Counted from the stretch's first letter, positions 38,566 through 53,108 are shown. The stretch: 64,000 bases of DNA from Octopus vulgaris (GCA_951406725.2 OX597829.1:3472001-3536000); one strand, 5' to 3'. Translations and numbers: made by a program. Notes: a model not told the origin generated them from the letters alone.

Positions 38566-39010
38566 CATCATCATCATCATCATTTAGCGTCCGTTTTCCA
38601 TGCTAGCATGGGTTGGACGGTTCAACTGGGGTCTGGGGAGCCCGAAGGCTGCACCAGGCCAGTCAGATCTGGCAGTGTTTCTACAGCTCGATGCCCTTCC
38701 TAACGCCAACCACTCCGAGAGTGTAGTGGGTGATTTTATGTGCCACCGACACAGGTGCCAGACGAGGCTGGCGAATGGCCACGCTCGGATGGTGTTTTTA
38801 TGTGCCACCAACACAGGTGCCAGATGAGGCTGGCAGACGGCCACGCTCGGATGGTGTTTTTATGTGCCACCGACACACGGTGCCAGATGAGGCTGGCGAA
38901 CGGCCACGATCGGATGGTGTTTGTTACGTGCCCACAGCACGGAGGCCAGTCGATGCGGTACTGGCTACGGCCACGTTCGGATGGTTTTCTTGTGTGCCAC
39001 CGGCACTAGT
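38566..39010 (-). mobile_element. RTE-tail repeat with internal ~62-bp tandem units
   Basis: Reverse complement of the 30112 family; units begin at 38735, 38797 and 38859. Confidence 0.8.
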
Positions 39011-39173
39011 ACCACAAAGATACAAATTCCATTGATGTTCATCTATTTTGATTTGTTTTGATTTGAGGTGTATATAATTATGAATAAATCACAATCTATA
39101 ATGGAGAGGGTTGCAAAAACCCTTAGGATATATATATATATATATACACATACACACACACACATATATAGAA

Positions 39174-39550
39174 GGTGCAGGCGTGGCTGTGTGGTAAGTA
39201 GCTTGCTTACCAACCACATGATTCCAGGTTCAGTCCCACTGCATTACACTTTGGGCAAGTGTCTTCTACTATATTCTCAGGCCAACCAAAGCCTTGTGAG
39301 TGGATTTGGTAGACGGAAACTGGAAGAAACCCGTCATCTATATATATGTGTGCGTGTTTGTGATTGTCCCCTCACCATTGCTTGAGAACCAATGCTGGTG
39401 TATTTACGACCCCGTAACTTAGCAATTTAGCAAAAGAGACTGGTAGAATAAGTTCTAGGTTTACAAAGAATAATTTCTGGGAGCGATTTGTTCAACTAAA
39501 GACGCTGCTCCAGCATGGCCACAGTCAAATGACTGAAACAAATAAAAGAA
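39174..39550 (+). mobile_element. tRNA-derived SINE (CORE-like)
   Basis: A-box-like TGGCTGTGTGGTAAG, B-box-like GGTTCAGTCCC, TTGGGCAAGTGTCTT core; same family as 54797-55210. Confidence 0.8.
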
Positions 39551-39896
39551 TATATATATATATATATTTATACTTATATATATATTTTGATATATATATA
39601 TTTATAAATAGAAATAATATATTTTCTAAATCTCTCAGATTTATTCAGTAGTAACACAATAAAGTGGTGGTATGCTGTCAACTTAATGTGACAGTCCCAT
39701 GAAAGGGAATAATACTACTGCTATTTAACCCTAGGAAGCAGCACCACTTCCTGTCGGCCTTGACATATTTACTGTGTCCTTATGTTTACAAAGGGGAGGA
39801 GATAAGCACCCCCACCCAGCTAGTGTGTTTGTGTGTGTGTCTGTGTGTGTGCATATCTTTGTCCATTCAATTGATGTTTTGTTGGTATCGATGCAG

Positions 39897-40160
39897 CATG
39901 TTTCAACCGAACAGCAGTTGGCCCTGCAACGCGCACAACAACCTGGCCAAGTTCAAGGCCAGGTTACCCAACAACAGCAGCAATCACAGCAGCAACAACA
40001 ACAGCAGCAACAGCGGCAACAACAACAACAGCAGCAGCAAGTTCCACAGGTGGTCGCTGCTGCTGCAGTAGCAACTCCCCCAACACATGTGTCCCAGAAT
40101 GTAGCAGCAGTACAAGCCCAGCAACTTCAGTCTCTCACCAATGTCTCCAGTTCAGTTATG
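39897..40160 (+). CDS. dom: A-isoform polyQ exon
   Basis: TGCAG acceptor; donor ATG|GTAAGC; phase 0-0; mixed CAA/CAG polyQ at 39969-40040. Confidence 0.85.
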
Positions 40161-40267
40161 GTAAGCACAACATTGCATTTCCTCCCCATGAAATTCTTCC
40201 ATTTCACTTGCTTGTCTTACTCTGCTTCCTCCATCCCACCCTTCTCTACCATTAGTATTGAGTTCTT

Positions 40268-40308
<41 letters not shown>

Positions 40309-41915
40309 CTTCAGACTTAGTTTATTTTTCTTTTTGATTACTCCCTCATAATACTTGCTTACTTAAATAGTAATCCTTTATTAAGTGTTTATTTCATCTT
40401 ATTTTTTTTTTTACTTCCTTCTACTTAACCCTATAATGTCTAAATTTATAAATAAGCTGAAAATAATGAAACAGCTAAGTATTATAATTGCTTACATGTA
40501 ATAACGATGTTTCTTAATTGAGGTACAAGGTCAGTTATTATGGGAGGCAGTGGGGTTTAGTTGATATAATGAACCCTGGTACTTGACTGGTGCTTTATTT
40601 CATTGACCTAGAAATGATAAAGAAAAACATTGATCCCTTTAGAAGTGGAACCTTAAATGTAGAGCCCCAGAACTGTAGCTAGGTATTTACTCCTATGCTA
40701 TAACAATTCTGTTAATTTCTCCATCCTGCTGTATCTAATGTTGGAATGTAAAATGTTGATAGTGTGAGCTTTCAGCCTTGTTGTTTTCTTTCCATATGAA
40801 TAATAATTGAAGCCTCAAGAATTTTCAAAAAGGCATTATAGGGCTAACTTCATATTTCTTCTTCTATTTTTTTCACTATGTCGTGTTTATCCAAGTGTGT
40901 CTTGTCTATCTGCTGTTCCTCCTCACTATATCTGCATCTCCCCTTATTTTTTTCTTTCTCTTTTTCTTTTGCACCCCTATACTACCCCTATGTATTTTTT
41001 CCTGTTGCTTATATATCTCATTTCTTCACCCCAATACCTTACACACACACACACACACATACCATATCCAATATATATTTTGTTTCTGTGTTGTGTGTTG
41101 GTACTTGAAAAAAAAAAAAAAAAATGAAGAAGAGAGATCACATTTCTGAAGTCCTAGCTGAGATAGTTTTCTTTCCCCCTTGTTGCTGTCACCAATATCG
41201 AACCCTAATTAGGGTTATATCTAACCCTGATATATCTGCTGTACCCCTTTTACTTTGTCTTGTTATATATTTCTGCTTGATATGCTCAATATTTTGTTTA
41301 GTGCAGTCATAACTTACTGTTGTCTTTTGCATCTTTATATTTTCCTTTTTTTTTTTAATTTTTATTTATTTATTTTTTTGCAACTACAATGTTATTTTAA
41401 TTTTGCTCAATTATCTCCTCCAACTAATTGTTAAAAAATTTGTGAATAATTAATTGCAGGGTTTACAAACGATAATATATTATGCTTTATTTTTATGATA
41501 AATAGAATGAATAGACTAGTATAGATAAAGTTTTTGTTTGTTCTCAGTTTCAGACTTACTTGCCATAAACTAGTTATCACAATGCAAATAGCATCAACAT
41601 TAATTAGTTAGTTTAGGACACACTGAATAAAGATTAATTAAATTAAGAACAAACTAATCTAGCTGTTGCTAATTTCTTTTTCTATTTTCTCTACAATTAG
41701 AGTTACACAACTTTTCATTGCGAAAAAGGAAATATTGTGCAAACATATCGTTGTTTCTGGTTTTTGTTATTAGGCTGTGGCTGTGTTGAAGCGTTGCATC
41801 AAAGAAATTTTTCTTTAATCCATTATTATTATAAAAGAAAGTCTTGGATGCAAAGTTCAGTGCTCACTTCATCAATTTCTACTTTGTCAAGTTTTTACTT
41901 TTATGGAGTTACTTG

Positions 41916-41953
<38 letters not shown>

Positions 41954-42999
41954 AACCTCATGATTTTGGGTTCAGTCTCAATGCATGGCACTTTGAATTA
42001 ATAACTTTTACTGCAGCCTTGAGACGATCCAAAACCTTTTGAATGGATTTGGTAAATGGAAAGAAGAGGGAAAGATGCTCGTATTGTATGCATGTGTCTC
42101 GCTGGAAACGGAGTGTCACTGTCATACAAGTGGTGACCTTTGTTTCCAATCTGTCCATGAAGAAATATTACCTTGCTTGAAAACGGGGGAAAGGTTAGCA
42201 ACCAGAAGGGCATCGGGCTGTAGAAAATTTGCCTTAGTAAACTGTCTGACCCATGCAAGCATAGCAAAGTGGACATTGAAACAAAATGCATGCACACACA
42301 CCCACACACCCACACACACGTACACACGTGCATGATGGGCTTCTGCTCAGTTTTACCAAATTTTTGATCAACCTGATTGTGTAGTAGATCATACACAGTA
42401 GATAAGAAACCAGAGCTATACGGTTTCAAAATGAATTTTTTTTAACCACGCAGCCATTCCTGTGTCCACATACCCAAAGGTCTTACTATCAACTTCATTT
42501 CTCAAAGTTGGCATTTTCTTTGTGGCATAAAGAAAAAAACTTTCCTCATAAAAGTGAGAGATTTCTTGTTATTAATGTAGAAAGTTGTGAAATGATTGGA
42601 CATTAGGTAAAGATGGCTGTGTCTATCTGATCACTGCATGTGCCACCCTGATCTGGAAGCATCCAAATCAGTCTTGTGGAACCCACTTCATGGTGATGTA
42701 AGAAGAGGAAAATGTTGTCATACTTACATCGACAACTTGATTCCAGACACTAGCTAGAAATGTATCCAGGACTTTGAGACAGTGATGATGGACTGAGAAG
42801 TGTGGCAGGTAGACTTTGTTGCTATGGCCCTGGTTGCAAACTGGCCATAGTCTATTGTGTTGAGGTGAAGTTTAACTTTGTTCAAGCTTCATCTCAGATA
42901 TATCTTATTATCATCTTGACTCAGGATTGGTCTTATTCCTGGTAGAGTTTATGTGGGTAGCAGATAACCTTTGATAATATCCACAAGATTTCAATATGC

Positions 43000-44020
43000 C
43001 ATCAAGTGCTCACAACCCTTCTGATGAACTTTTCTGTTCCTAAAAGGTAAACTTTCTGTAGAAACTCTACAAGATATTCCATTCCAGTCTCCTTTATTCA
43101 TTTGTCTATGTCATCCTTCACCGTCACCAATTACCACAGGTACAACCTTTAGAGATTTCATTTTCCAAATCCTCACAATCTCAAATCATACGGGGGTTGT
43201 ATTTTCTCAACTTTTCAACTGCCGTCTTCAAAATCCTTGTATCAAATGGACATGATGGATCAGTCAGTAAACAAATTCATTTTTTTTTGTCTACAACTGT
43301 CTGACTTGTTTTGTTCAATCTTATCCATTTGAATGGGAAAATCCTACAAAATCTTGCTCGTTTCTGACTCCTTTGTATGCTTTCTATCTCATGATTACAT
43401 CATGTAATTACTGCTTCAAGCACCCATTTCTGACCATGTTTCCAGTGTAAAACTTACATATTTTGATCATATCTCCATTTCTTATATTCTCTTTGTGCCA
43501 AGCTGAGCATTCTGACATGTGCATTTCGCTGACATTCTCCTATGCACATATTTTCACAAGCTCCATTTCACAAGTGCCTGATATTGAGCTGCTATTATGA
43601 AGCTCTCTGTTTCAGCCTAGTTCAGGGTTTTTGTTCCACATATATCCTCAATGGTTTTTCGAAAACTGACCATGCAAAGGTTTCTCATCAATTTTGAATT
43701 CCATTCTTGTCTTTTTCTCCTCTTCCTGCTTTCATCACCTGTTCTCTTTATTCACTGCCCTTAGTAACTTTTCTGTGCTGTTATGCAAATAATCATGTCA
43801 TCTGCTTTGTTCCTTCTTCACATACACTTCCATAGCAATTAAGCCTCTTCCACTCTGGTCGCTCTTCAAGGACAACTGCTTAATATCAGCTTTCAGATGG
43901 TGGGCTCCATACATAGTCAACAACTTTCTGGTTTTTCTGTTAAGTTTCTGCATTTTGCCTTTTGTCCAGTTTATAATTTCCAGCTCTGTATCAGAAAACT
44001 AGCATTGCTCTTGAATTACT
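43000..44020 (-). mobile_element. R4/Dong-clade (RLE) non-LTR retrotransposon relic
   Basis: Minus-strand WTK..MQKLNRKTRKLLTMYGAHH…GRGL, AETESFIIAAQ and KIL.DFPIQ remnants; abuts (TAA)n at about 44025. Confidence 0.7.
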
Positions 44021-46514
44021 AGCTAATAATAATAATGGTTTCAAATTTTGGCACAGAGCCTGCAAGTTCTGGGGAGAGGGTAGGTCAATTACGTCAACCC
44101 CAGTATTCAACCGGTACTTATTTTATCGACCTAGAAAGGATGAAAGGCAAAATTGACCACAGCGAAATTTGAACTCTCAGTGTACAGATGGATGAAATAC
44201 TGTTGAGCATTTTACCCAACATGGCAATAATAAATAATAACAATCATTTATGAAGATTGACATAACACTTCAGGAAGTAGATACACAATGAGAAGAGAGC
44301 AATATGATTTGTATTAAATAACAATATTTTGACAGTATGCCTGTCTTTCTTAGTTTCAAAATGGAAAACTAAAAATATGAAAATTCAAAATTTGGACTGG
44401 ATCATCCTGCATTCCTTTTTAGACAAAATGATATCGTCGTTATTTTTTTTTTGCTTTTGCATAACTGCTAACAAAGAAACAAAACAGGAAAGACAACAAT
44501 TAGTCAAAATGTTTCGTGTAAATGTGATAGAATTCACCTGTTACTCTGTTCATGTGACTTCACAAATATATTTATCCTCGTGTGTTTTTAGTACTGAAAG
44601 TGTAGTAGTCAAAATATTTTCTGAGACAGTGTGAGGTCTCAGATCACTCATCTGTATAATGGTTTTCATTTTACTTTTTTATTTTTTACTGTCTTCAGAA
44701 CTAAGCTCCTCTACCATAAAGCTGTTATAATTTGGCAAATATAAAGCTGTTTGTTTTCAGCTAAAAATATATATTGTTTTCAGATGTGTATCCAAAAGTA
44801 TACAACGATAACAAATGGTTTCTACAGATTTCACTGCAGCCCCCTTTTCTCTTTCTATTTCTTCACATCTTAATACTTCACAGTTTTCCTGTGTGAAGTT
44901 TCTCACTTTCTAGCAGTAAGACATCGGTGCTATATTCCCAATAATAACCAGAATTCAGGCATTTGAAAACAACTAGTAAACAAACTCAGTATTTCCACTT
45001 CATTTTGCTTACTTTGTTCTTTTCCGTCTTGTAAAAATAATTATCAAATGGTTAGCTCCCTTGTTATAATTATCTCCCCTTTCATTAACATCTTTCATTT
45101 GCTTTAATTATTATATTTTTCTTTGCTTCTCTTTTGTGTCAAAACATCACTCCTTCAGAATAATTAAGAGTAATTATAATGTATTTGACAGTGATTCATC
45201 CAAGTGCTATCAATGTTTCACAGCAAAATCAAAATATTTTGAATGCTTTATACTGAGACATTTTTCACTGATCAAGCAATCAAAAATTTTAACTACATTT
45301 TAATTAGAGGAATAAACTTCTCATTTTAGTTTGGAATATACCCTCGCATTTACTTTTAAGTGTGTATACTTTATATATATTACAAGAGCGTCTGCCAGTG
45401 TGCTGTAATTGGTGTGTAGAATGTACTTAATTTTATTTCTTTAATTTGAGTCTTACACAGACTGTCCCTTGCTGTTCCACATAAATCTGATACTCCAATC
45501 CCTCTACTCTCTCTCTCTCTCTCTCTCTTTCTCAATCAGAAACAAATTTTTAAAATGTGCTGAATTTTATTCTTTCGTTCTTTAAGTTGTTTTAGTTTTC
45601 ACTTATTGGACTGTGGCCATGCTGGGGTCATTACTTTAAAGGGTTTAGTCAATAAATTAACTGCAGTGCTTATTTATTCTTGAGGTTTCTTTTTTCATGA
45701 AACCTCTAGGTTACAAGGATTTAAACAAACCAACACTACTTGCCAAATGATCAGATACAAACATGCAAATGCACACTCACACCCAAGCTTCCATACAGTT
45801 TTTATCTGAAAAACTTACTCATGAGGCATTGCTTGACCTTGGGTTATATACACACAGTGGGACTAAACATCAAACCATATTGTTACTGAGTAAACTTCCT
45901 AATGACAGTGCCATGCCTGAATTATTATTATTATTATTATTATTAAGTGAGAGAGCAGTGCATGCCATCAAAGTGACACTGGGGTAAAATATACGAAGCC
46001 CAATATACCCATCATGACTACCCATCAGATAAGGGTACACCAGGCACATACATCACAACCATTTGTGCGCGACATAGTGATCTCATATCGAGATAAACAG
46101 CACATGACCTTGCAGGTGGGGCCCAGTTAGAATTTTCTTCAGGTTGAGTAACCCATCCCGCTCAAAAGGTCCCTGAATAAGGGTTGTTTAAGGATGTTGA
46201 AAGAACCACCCATGTTTCCAGAGGTGAATTATTCAAACCCCAAAGAATCCCTCTCAACACATGGCTATGATGCTCCCCCACTACTTCTGCTCGTGATCAG
46301 AGATGCACATATCGTCAGCCACTAAGGGACATGCTCAACTGGTTAAGGTCAAACAACTGACAAGCAAATCTGTGGTGTTGAGCAGAATATTTGCTGTAAA
46401 ACCCATCTTTTATACCAAGACAAAACAATGTACATGATAACACTTCCAATCAGTTAAGATCAGAAGCCACGAGAGCCACTGCCTGATTATTATTATTATT
46501 ATTATTATTATTAA

Positions 46515-46712
46515 GGTGGCAAGCTGTCAGAATCATTAGCATGCTTAGCGGTATTTCACCTGTCTTTATATTCTGAGTTCAAATTCCATCGAGGTTGCTT
46601 TTCATCTTTCTGGGGTCAATACATTTAAGCACCAGTGAAACACTGGGGTTGATGTAATCAACTAGTCCCCTCCCCCCAAATTTCAAGGCCTTGTGCCTTC
46701 AGTACAAAGGAT
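46515..46712 (+). mobile_element. second SINE family; copies at about 62095-62305 (+) and 44035-44225 (-)
   Basis: Shared AGCTG.CAGAA…TTAGCATGC…CTGAGTTCAA…GGGGTCAAT…AGTACCAG. Confidence 0.65.
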
Positions 46713-46779
46713 TATTATTATTTGTGAGATTTTTTATTGCTTGCTTTCATTGCATAACCAAGCACAGCTTTGTGTCTTG

Positions 46780-47225
46780 AGTATCTGCAGTAGTCTGTTT
46801 TTTGTTTTGTTTTTTTGTTATGGTAATTGTTTTGAAAGTGTGCTGTGTCCCTAACAGTGCGTATTTTCTGTGTGGTATTTCATTTGTTCTGAGGTTGTGG
46901 TTATGTATTTGTCTGCATGCTTGTTTATCATTCCCAGAGCACCTGTTATTGTTATAGGGATTGTTTCTGTTTTCAGCCCCCTCGTATTCAGGTTACCTCT
47001 CTTTCCAAATCTTTATATTTAGATACTTTCTCCATCTACTTTAACAATACATCGTCTTGTATTGGGACTGATATATGAGACATTCCTTTTCCTGATCATC
47101 CTTGACAACAATATCCAGTTGCTTAGCCCTGATCTGAGACTGTTGCCTTGCTTTTTCAGGAGGCATTTTCTAGTGTATGCCATACCATCTCTTTTCTGAT
47201 ATTTCATAATGCTGGCATAACTACT
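46780..47225 (-). mobile_element. R4/Dong-clade LINE 3' end (RLE endonuclease) relic
   Basis: Minus-strand IRAKQLDIVVKD…KECLI and ITGALGMI remnants; next to (ATT)n. Confidence 0.65.
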
Positions 47226-48071
47226 TGTGTATATTATTATTATTAATAATCTTACAAATATTTGATGAATGAAACTATTTGAAGTAGGGCTATTTCTATT
47301 GTTCTAATTTTTTTTTTTTTTTTGCTTCGGTGTTCATGGAAAATATCAAATAATGAAGTCTGTTTCCCTCTCTGAGCCTCTCGACATAATTAATAGAGTT
47401 GTATAATATCAAAAAATTGTGAGTTCCAAAGGAATCTCAAGATCTAAACTTTGTTTTTGTTTACCATCATAGTTGAATAATTTTAAACCAATATGTATGA
47501 AGAATTAATTTTATTTTTAATAAATGTGTGTGTGTGTATATCTTGCATCATGATTGCAATATGTGTGTGTGTGTGTGTGAGAGTATGCATGTTCACAAAA
47601 ATACGTAATATATATTTTATCAAGATGCAATATGTCTCCATAAAGGAAATGTGCTCATGGCTTGTTCGCTGGCTCAAATTTTACTTCAACTACCTTTGTA
47701 TCATATCTTAGGACAAAAATCTATAACCATTTAATAATTATAACTGAAGGAGAGAGAAACCGGTGTCCGTTTTCTTTCCAATCTTCATGGATTAGTGGAT
47801 CAAGATAGCAGAATATGGTTATTGTGGTTGTTATTTAGTTTTGGTGTTGTTCATTGCTAGAAGGTAAAGGTGGAACTTGAACTGGGAGATGATAGTTGCA
47901 GATAAGTGGTTTGGAATAATATTTATGTTCAAGGGATGAGACATGAGAGGACTAACTTTGATGTTGAGTTATGTTACTGGATGACCAACAAACTATAAAG
48001 ACAAATGGTGAAATAATTAAAATAAACTCTTTACATCAATGGTAGGAACTAAAACAGTGTGTATATGTGTG

Positions 48072-48137
<66 letters not shown>

Positions 48138-48811
48138 AGTTGACAAAAAAGATGTTCGCCTAGTATTTGAATAATTTTTACATTTGGAATAAGGTTGCTC
48201 TTAATGAGGATAAGGGTATTAATAATAAAAGTAATGAGGAGGGTTAAAAATTATAATTTTATTTCATGTATTTATGTGCTTTATTTTGAGTTATGAAAAT
48301 TAATTTTGATTTGATTTTTTTTTTAATCTTGAAGTCTTTTATTTGCATGCTAATTGTACAATGTTTATTATATTGTTGTCATGGCAATATGATTTATTTG
48401 TTTATTTAATGTCTTTATTGAAAGCTTTTTGTTATTTTGGTATTTTTGTATGCATATTTGTGTACCAAATGTTTATAAAACCTTGGAACAGTTTTCATAC
48501 TTTAGAATAAATAAAATAAAATTATTTCGGTAAAAAACTAGATGAAATTTGGTGTTCTTAGTGGAATGTTATGTACATTAGTTATCCGGAGTGATTTTTG
48601 ATAAAATATTGATTGCTGTAATTGCATAAACAGCAGTCAGCACAATTTGTTTTTTTAAAATTGAAATTGAAATTACTAAAAAAAATATATTTAAAACCTT
48701 GATTACCAGATTGCCATAGCTGTGTGTTAGCTGTTCCATGACTTTATATAACTGTGTACACGTTTCAATATACCCATGCTGTGTCATTTTCTGTCATTAC
48801 CGTCCGTACAG

Positions 48812-49018
48812 CAGACAGGACTGTTACAGAAGGCTGATGTTGCACCTTTAGCAGGAGTGAGGCCAACTTCAAAGGCTGTGTCTATCTCATGTCCCAAAGG
48901 AAATGGTAGAAGCATTTTCATCAACACCACTGGCGGCACGGCATCCACAAATACTTTTGCTGCTTTCAACAAGCATATATCACAGAGTCTCTCAAACAAT
49001 CCCCAAGCCACTAGAGTT
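48812..49018 (+). CDS. dom: probable A-isoform exon (QTGLLQKADV…PQATRV)
   Basis: CAGCAG acceptor; donor GTT|GTGAGT; 207 nt, phase 0-0; composition like neighbouring exons; no recognised homology. Confidence 0.65.
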
Positions 49019-51312
49019 GTGAGTTTCTTACTTTTGACACCATCAGCTGGTATACCTTTACGATGTTTTTGACATCATCAACATTTGTCGGTTAAAAACA
49101 ACAAGCAACAATCTTTTTATTGGTTTAATCTTTAGTATAACAGAAGAAGAAAGTTAAGTTTACAAAAAAAAAAAAAACAAAAAGAAAAATGATAAATAAA
49201 ATCAGGAAAGTAAATTAAATAGTGTCTAGACAGGTCTACTTAAGATATAGAATGTGAGATCTCTTAAAAAAAGAATTATATTAAATTCTTAGATTACTTT
49301 CAAATTGATGATGATGGTGGTAATATGAATTACTGTAAGGTTTACCCTTTAGCATTCAGATTACTCTGTCAAAAGTAATGCTTATATATTCACATTAAGT
49401 TAATCATGTATTATTTCATAGCTTTGAGAGTTCAAAGATGTGATAGTTTATTTTTATAATGACATTGTAGGGTAGGTGTGAGAGGCTGGATCTGGCCAGT
49501 TTGAACATAAAACAGGTGGACTATTTAGGCTTGATATGGATGGTTTAAATATTAAAGGGTTAAGTTCTAGATGTAAATATATATATATACGATTACTTTG
49601 TTGTCTGCAACAAAATGAGTATTAGATTAAAATTACAATCAGTCTATTACATCTGACAGACGTAAATGTGCCATTGAAAGCCAAATTAATTGTGATTTTC
49701 ATTCAGAGATATTTCTTGTGTACATATTGGTAGACAAGAGTTGTCCAGCAGCAGGAAGACTTTTGTCTGGTACTGATGTTTTGTATTTTCCAACAAATTA
49801 TCTCCAGTTGAAATACCCCAGTAAATTTGACTTCCTATAATGTTTTTATATGGTACAGAGGTTGCTATATATATGCATGTTTGCACATATTACTATAATG
49901 ATGATTTTCAAAACAGTTGTTTGGTAGAAATGAAATTAGAAGAAACAGTAGTAACTTTCCTAAAATGCCTTTTATGGTGTTTAGTTTCATTCCATTCTGC
50001 ATTTTGAATTCAAATTCCACCAAAGGCCAACTTTTGTCTTTCATCCCTCCAAGGTTGATAAAACTGTACCAGTCATACACTACGTTTGATTCAGTCAGTT
50101 ATTGTCCTGCCTCTTTCCTACAATGTGTGAATTGGTTATACTTTATTAGAAATTATTATTATATTTTAATCAACTAATTTAGAAAATTAGTGTCTTGTTG
50201 AAATGATTGGAATCTTTCACAGACAATGTTCTCATTTTGGGAAAACAAGGGAACACTGATTCTTTTTTCTGTAATGCCAAGAAGAAACTGATACTTGGAA
50301 TGTGGCTATAATGAATCTAAAGATCTTTTTTCACACAGCACTGCTGCTGCTGCTGCTACTACTACTAATAATAGTAATAATAATGATGATAATAATAATA
50401 ATGACAACACAATTGCTTGGTGCTTTAATTTCGATGCTTTGTGCAATATTTTAAGAATTGTAATTATTAGTACTTGTAATTATTATATATATACCACAAA
50501 ATTGAGTTCAGAATATTGAGAGATGAATAAAAGTAAAATAATGTTTATTTTTAGATTTGTGTATTAGTCCAAAGAATGCAGAATTTTATTTAGTCTGTAT
50601 TTGATTTAAAGTTGAATAGAATTAGTATTGATAAACAAAAACTGAAGTGAAGAAGTTTTGTTAGGAATCATAAAACTTGAGTAAAAGAGTTTTATTGTTT
50701 CATGTATTTGGTTTTATCCGAGTTGAAAATCCCATTGGCATTGTTCTTGCTTTTCGTTCATGAAAACCTATAAAATAGTGGCTGCAATATTTTGCGGTCT
50801 CAATTCAGTCAACTAGGGTCATCCCAAGACACCTTTTTTTTTTAACTTTATAAGAAACTGAATTAGGATTTTAGACATAGTAAACAGGAAATAAACTCAC
50901 ATTATTTTTAAACGTTGTTTAAAAAAAAAAAATGAAGTAAACATACCCATAATCATACAAACTTTAGTTTAGTCCTCACCAAAAAGAAATAACACATGCA
51001 ATTGTTAGCTTATTTCTTAGACAGACATGTTAGAAAGAGTTCAGTTTTCATGAGAAGTATGCTACAAAATTTCAAGCAAAATTCAATAAGTAATGGTAGA
51101 AAGTTATAGGATTGGAGTTAAGAGTAACCAGTCTTGTTATGCCTCTGTACAGGTTTTATTCGTTCACTGGATCAAATACAATCAATTATGATTTAAGAGC
51201 TAGCTTGCAATTTGCTTGCTAAAATTTTCCTGCTTCTTGTGGATAATAAGTTTGGAATCACACAAAAAGAGTGAGTGACTGTGTGTGTGTGTATGTATGT
51301 ATACACACACGC

Positions 51313-51362
<50 letters not shown>

Positions 51363-52008
51363 ATATACACACACAATCTGTGTCCTTTAGAAATAGAAAC
51401 ACTAAGTTTTCCATGAATTTCCATGTCTTGTACTTGTGTAGTAAGTACCATGCATGAATTTGTTGATATTATTTTTCATTTCCTTGGAATCAACATATTT
51501 TTGCCTTGTTGTTGGCCATGGGGCATTTATTTGTATGTTTTTTTCTTTTTGAGTATTTTTTTTCTTTACTTGTGAAATTGTCATTTACCATTACTATTAA
51601 AGAAATCATATTTATTATTATCACTACTACTACTACTACTACTACTCTATTTTTATTTGCCAAAACTCTTCTATCCCTCCATTTGGAGCCTCTCTTTCTC
51701 TCTCTAATATTCATACTTCTTACGCTTACTGCTTGAGAAGTCTTAACCTTACTTAAAACCCTTTAATTCAGTTTCTCTCTAAACTTTTTCTTTTAGTTTT
51801 AAAAGATGTTTTATTTCTATCGTGATATATTTAAAGTTGAATATAACTACACACCAAACTAGAATCTTAAACATGATTTTAACAGTAACAAATTTTTTAT
51901 TCGATAAACTTATTTTCAAGTAATTACTAAATTTTTAGATAAAGGTTTATTACTTATGATTTTAGATTATTACCTCCATTTTTATTCTTTAAATTTTGGA
52001 AATTATAC

Positions 52009-52040
<32 letters not shown>

Positions 52041-52042
<2 letters not shown>

Positions 52043-52850
52043 TCTGATCAATAAGTATCTGGACTGTTGCCATAGTAATGAAGCTAAATCATGCAGAGTG
52101 AAGCCGTTTGGAACAAAATGACCTTGAACTCTTCTGCGCATGTGCACTAAGTTTTAATATTCTAGCTCACTTTTGCTGCTTACAGCAGTGCTTGGAAGGA
52201 ATGGTGTGTAGTGTGTGATCATTGCATTGCCCATAACAGAGAAAGTTCAGCAGAGAATCTGCACCAAATTTTGCCAAAGATTGGCAATATTTGCTGAGAG
52301 GCCTAACGGAAAATTTTCAAAAAGTTTTCATTGTTCTCAACACAATCAAAGAAATCTTGTGCAACTGAAACCTGAGGGCTTGTTTTGTTCAGCTGAAAGC
52401 AGTTATGGCACAAACCTGGTGGACAATGTCTCAAATCCAAATCCCCAGTGATAATGGACTGAACTGAACTGTAACTAAACTCACAGATGGCAATTCAACA
52501 ATTGCGATATTTTACTCAGTTCTGCTGATTGCAGCTGTTTCAGAACATTCATCCTTTTACGTCCATCTTAGAAACTTTTGAACCACCCAAACACTCCTCT
52601 CCATACGCTTTCTGCAACTTTGCGTAGGCCTCTCGGCAGGTATCGCCATGACAACATTCTCTGTCATGGTCAGTATGATGATCACACCTTCCTTCCAAGC
52701 ACTGCTGTAAGCAGCGGAAGTTAGCTGGAATATCAAAACTTAGTGTGCATGCACAGTAGAGTTCATGGTCAATCTTTGCTAAGCAGCTTCACTCTGCGTG
52801 CTTTTCGCTTTGTTACTGTGGCACCAGCCAAGATACTTACTGATCAAGGC
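52041..52850. mobile_element. palindromic mariner-derived element made of two 5' ends
   Basis: About 200-bp TIR-like arms (CTGATCAATAAGTATC… / …GATACTTACTGATCA); + strand QRICTKFCQRL and - strand GDTCREAYAKLQKAYGEECL resemble mariner N-terminal HTH. Confidence 0.75.
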
Positions 52851-53108
52851 TTCCGTTAACTTTTTTGTTATGTATATATGTATTTATATACAGGGTTGGT
52901 CAAAGGTCACCCGACAGTAAATCAAAATTCCATAAATACTATCTGTAATTCTGTATTTACTTGAATAGAAAAATATGTTGTTTGAGGACTTCAGTCTGAA
53001 CAATTTTCATAATGTTTCATATATAGAGGCTTTTATTAAATTCATTGAGTTGTTAAACATAAAGAAATCTTGGCTTTCATTTACTGTCAGGTAAATTTTT
53101 ACCAACCC

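Noticed and set aside
38735-39005. Regularly spaced ~62-bp repeats that look CRISPR-like
   Set aside because: Whole units repeat with no unique spacers, they lie inside an RTE-tail repeat, the context is a eukaryotic intron, and there are no cas genes
44329-44634. Possible extra exon in the 40161-48811 intron
   Set aside because: No frame-consistent acceptor/donor pair, and composition is unlike the neighbouring exons
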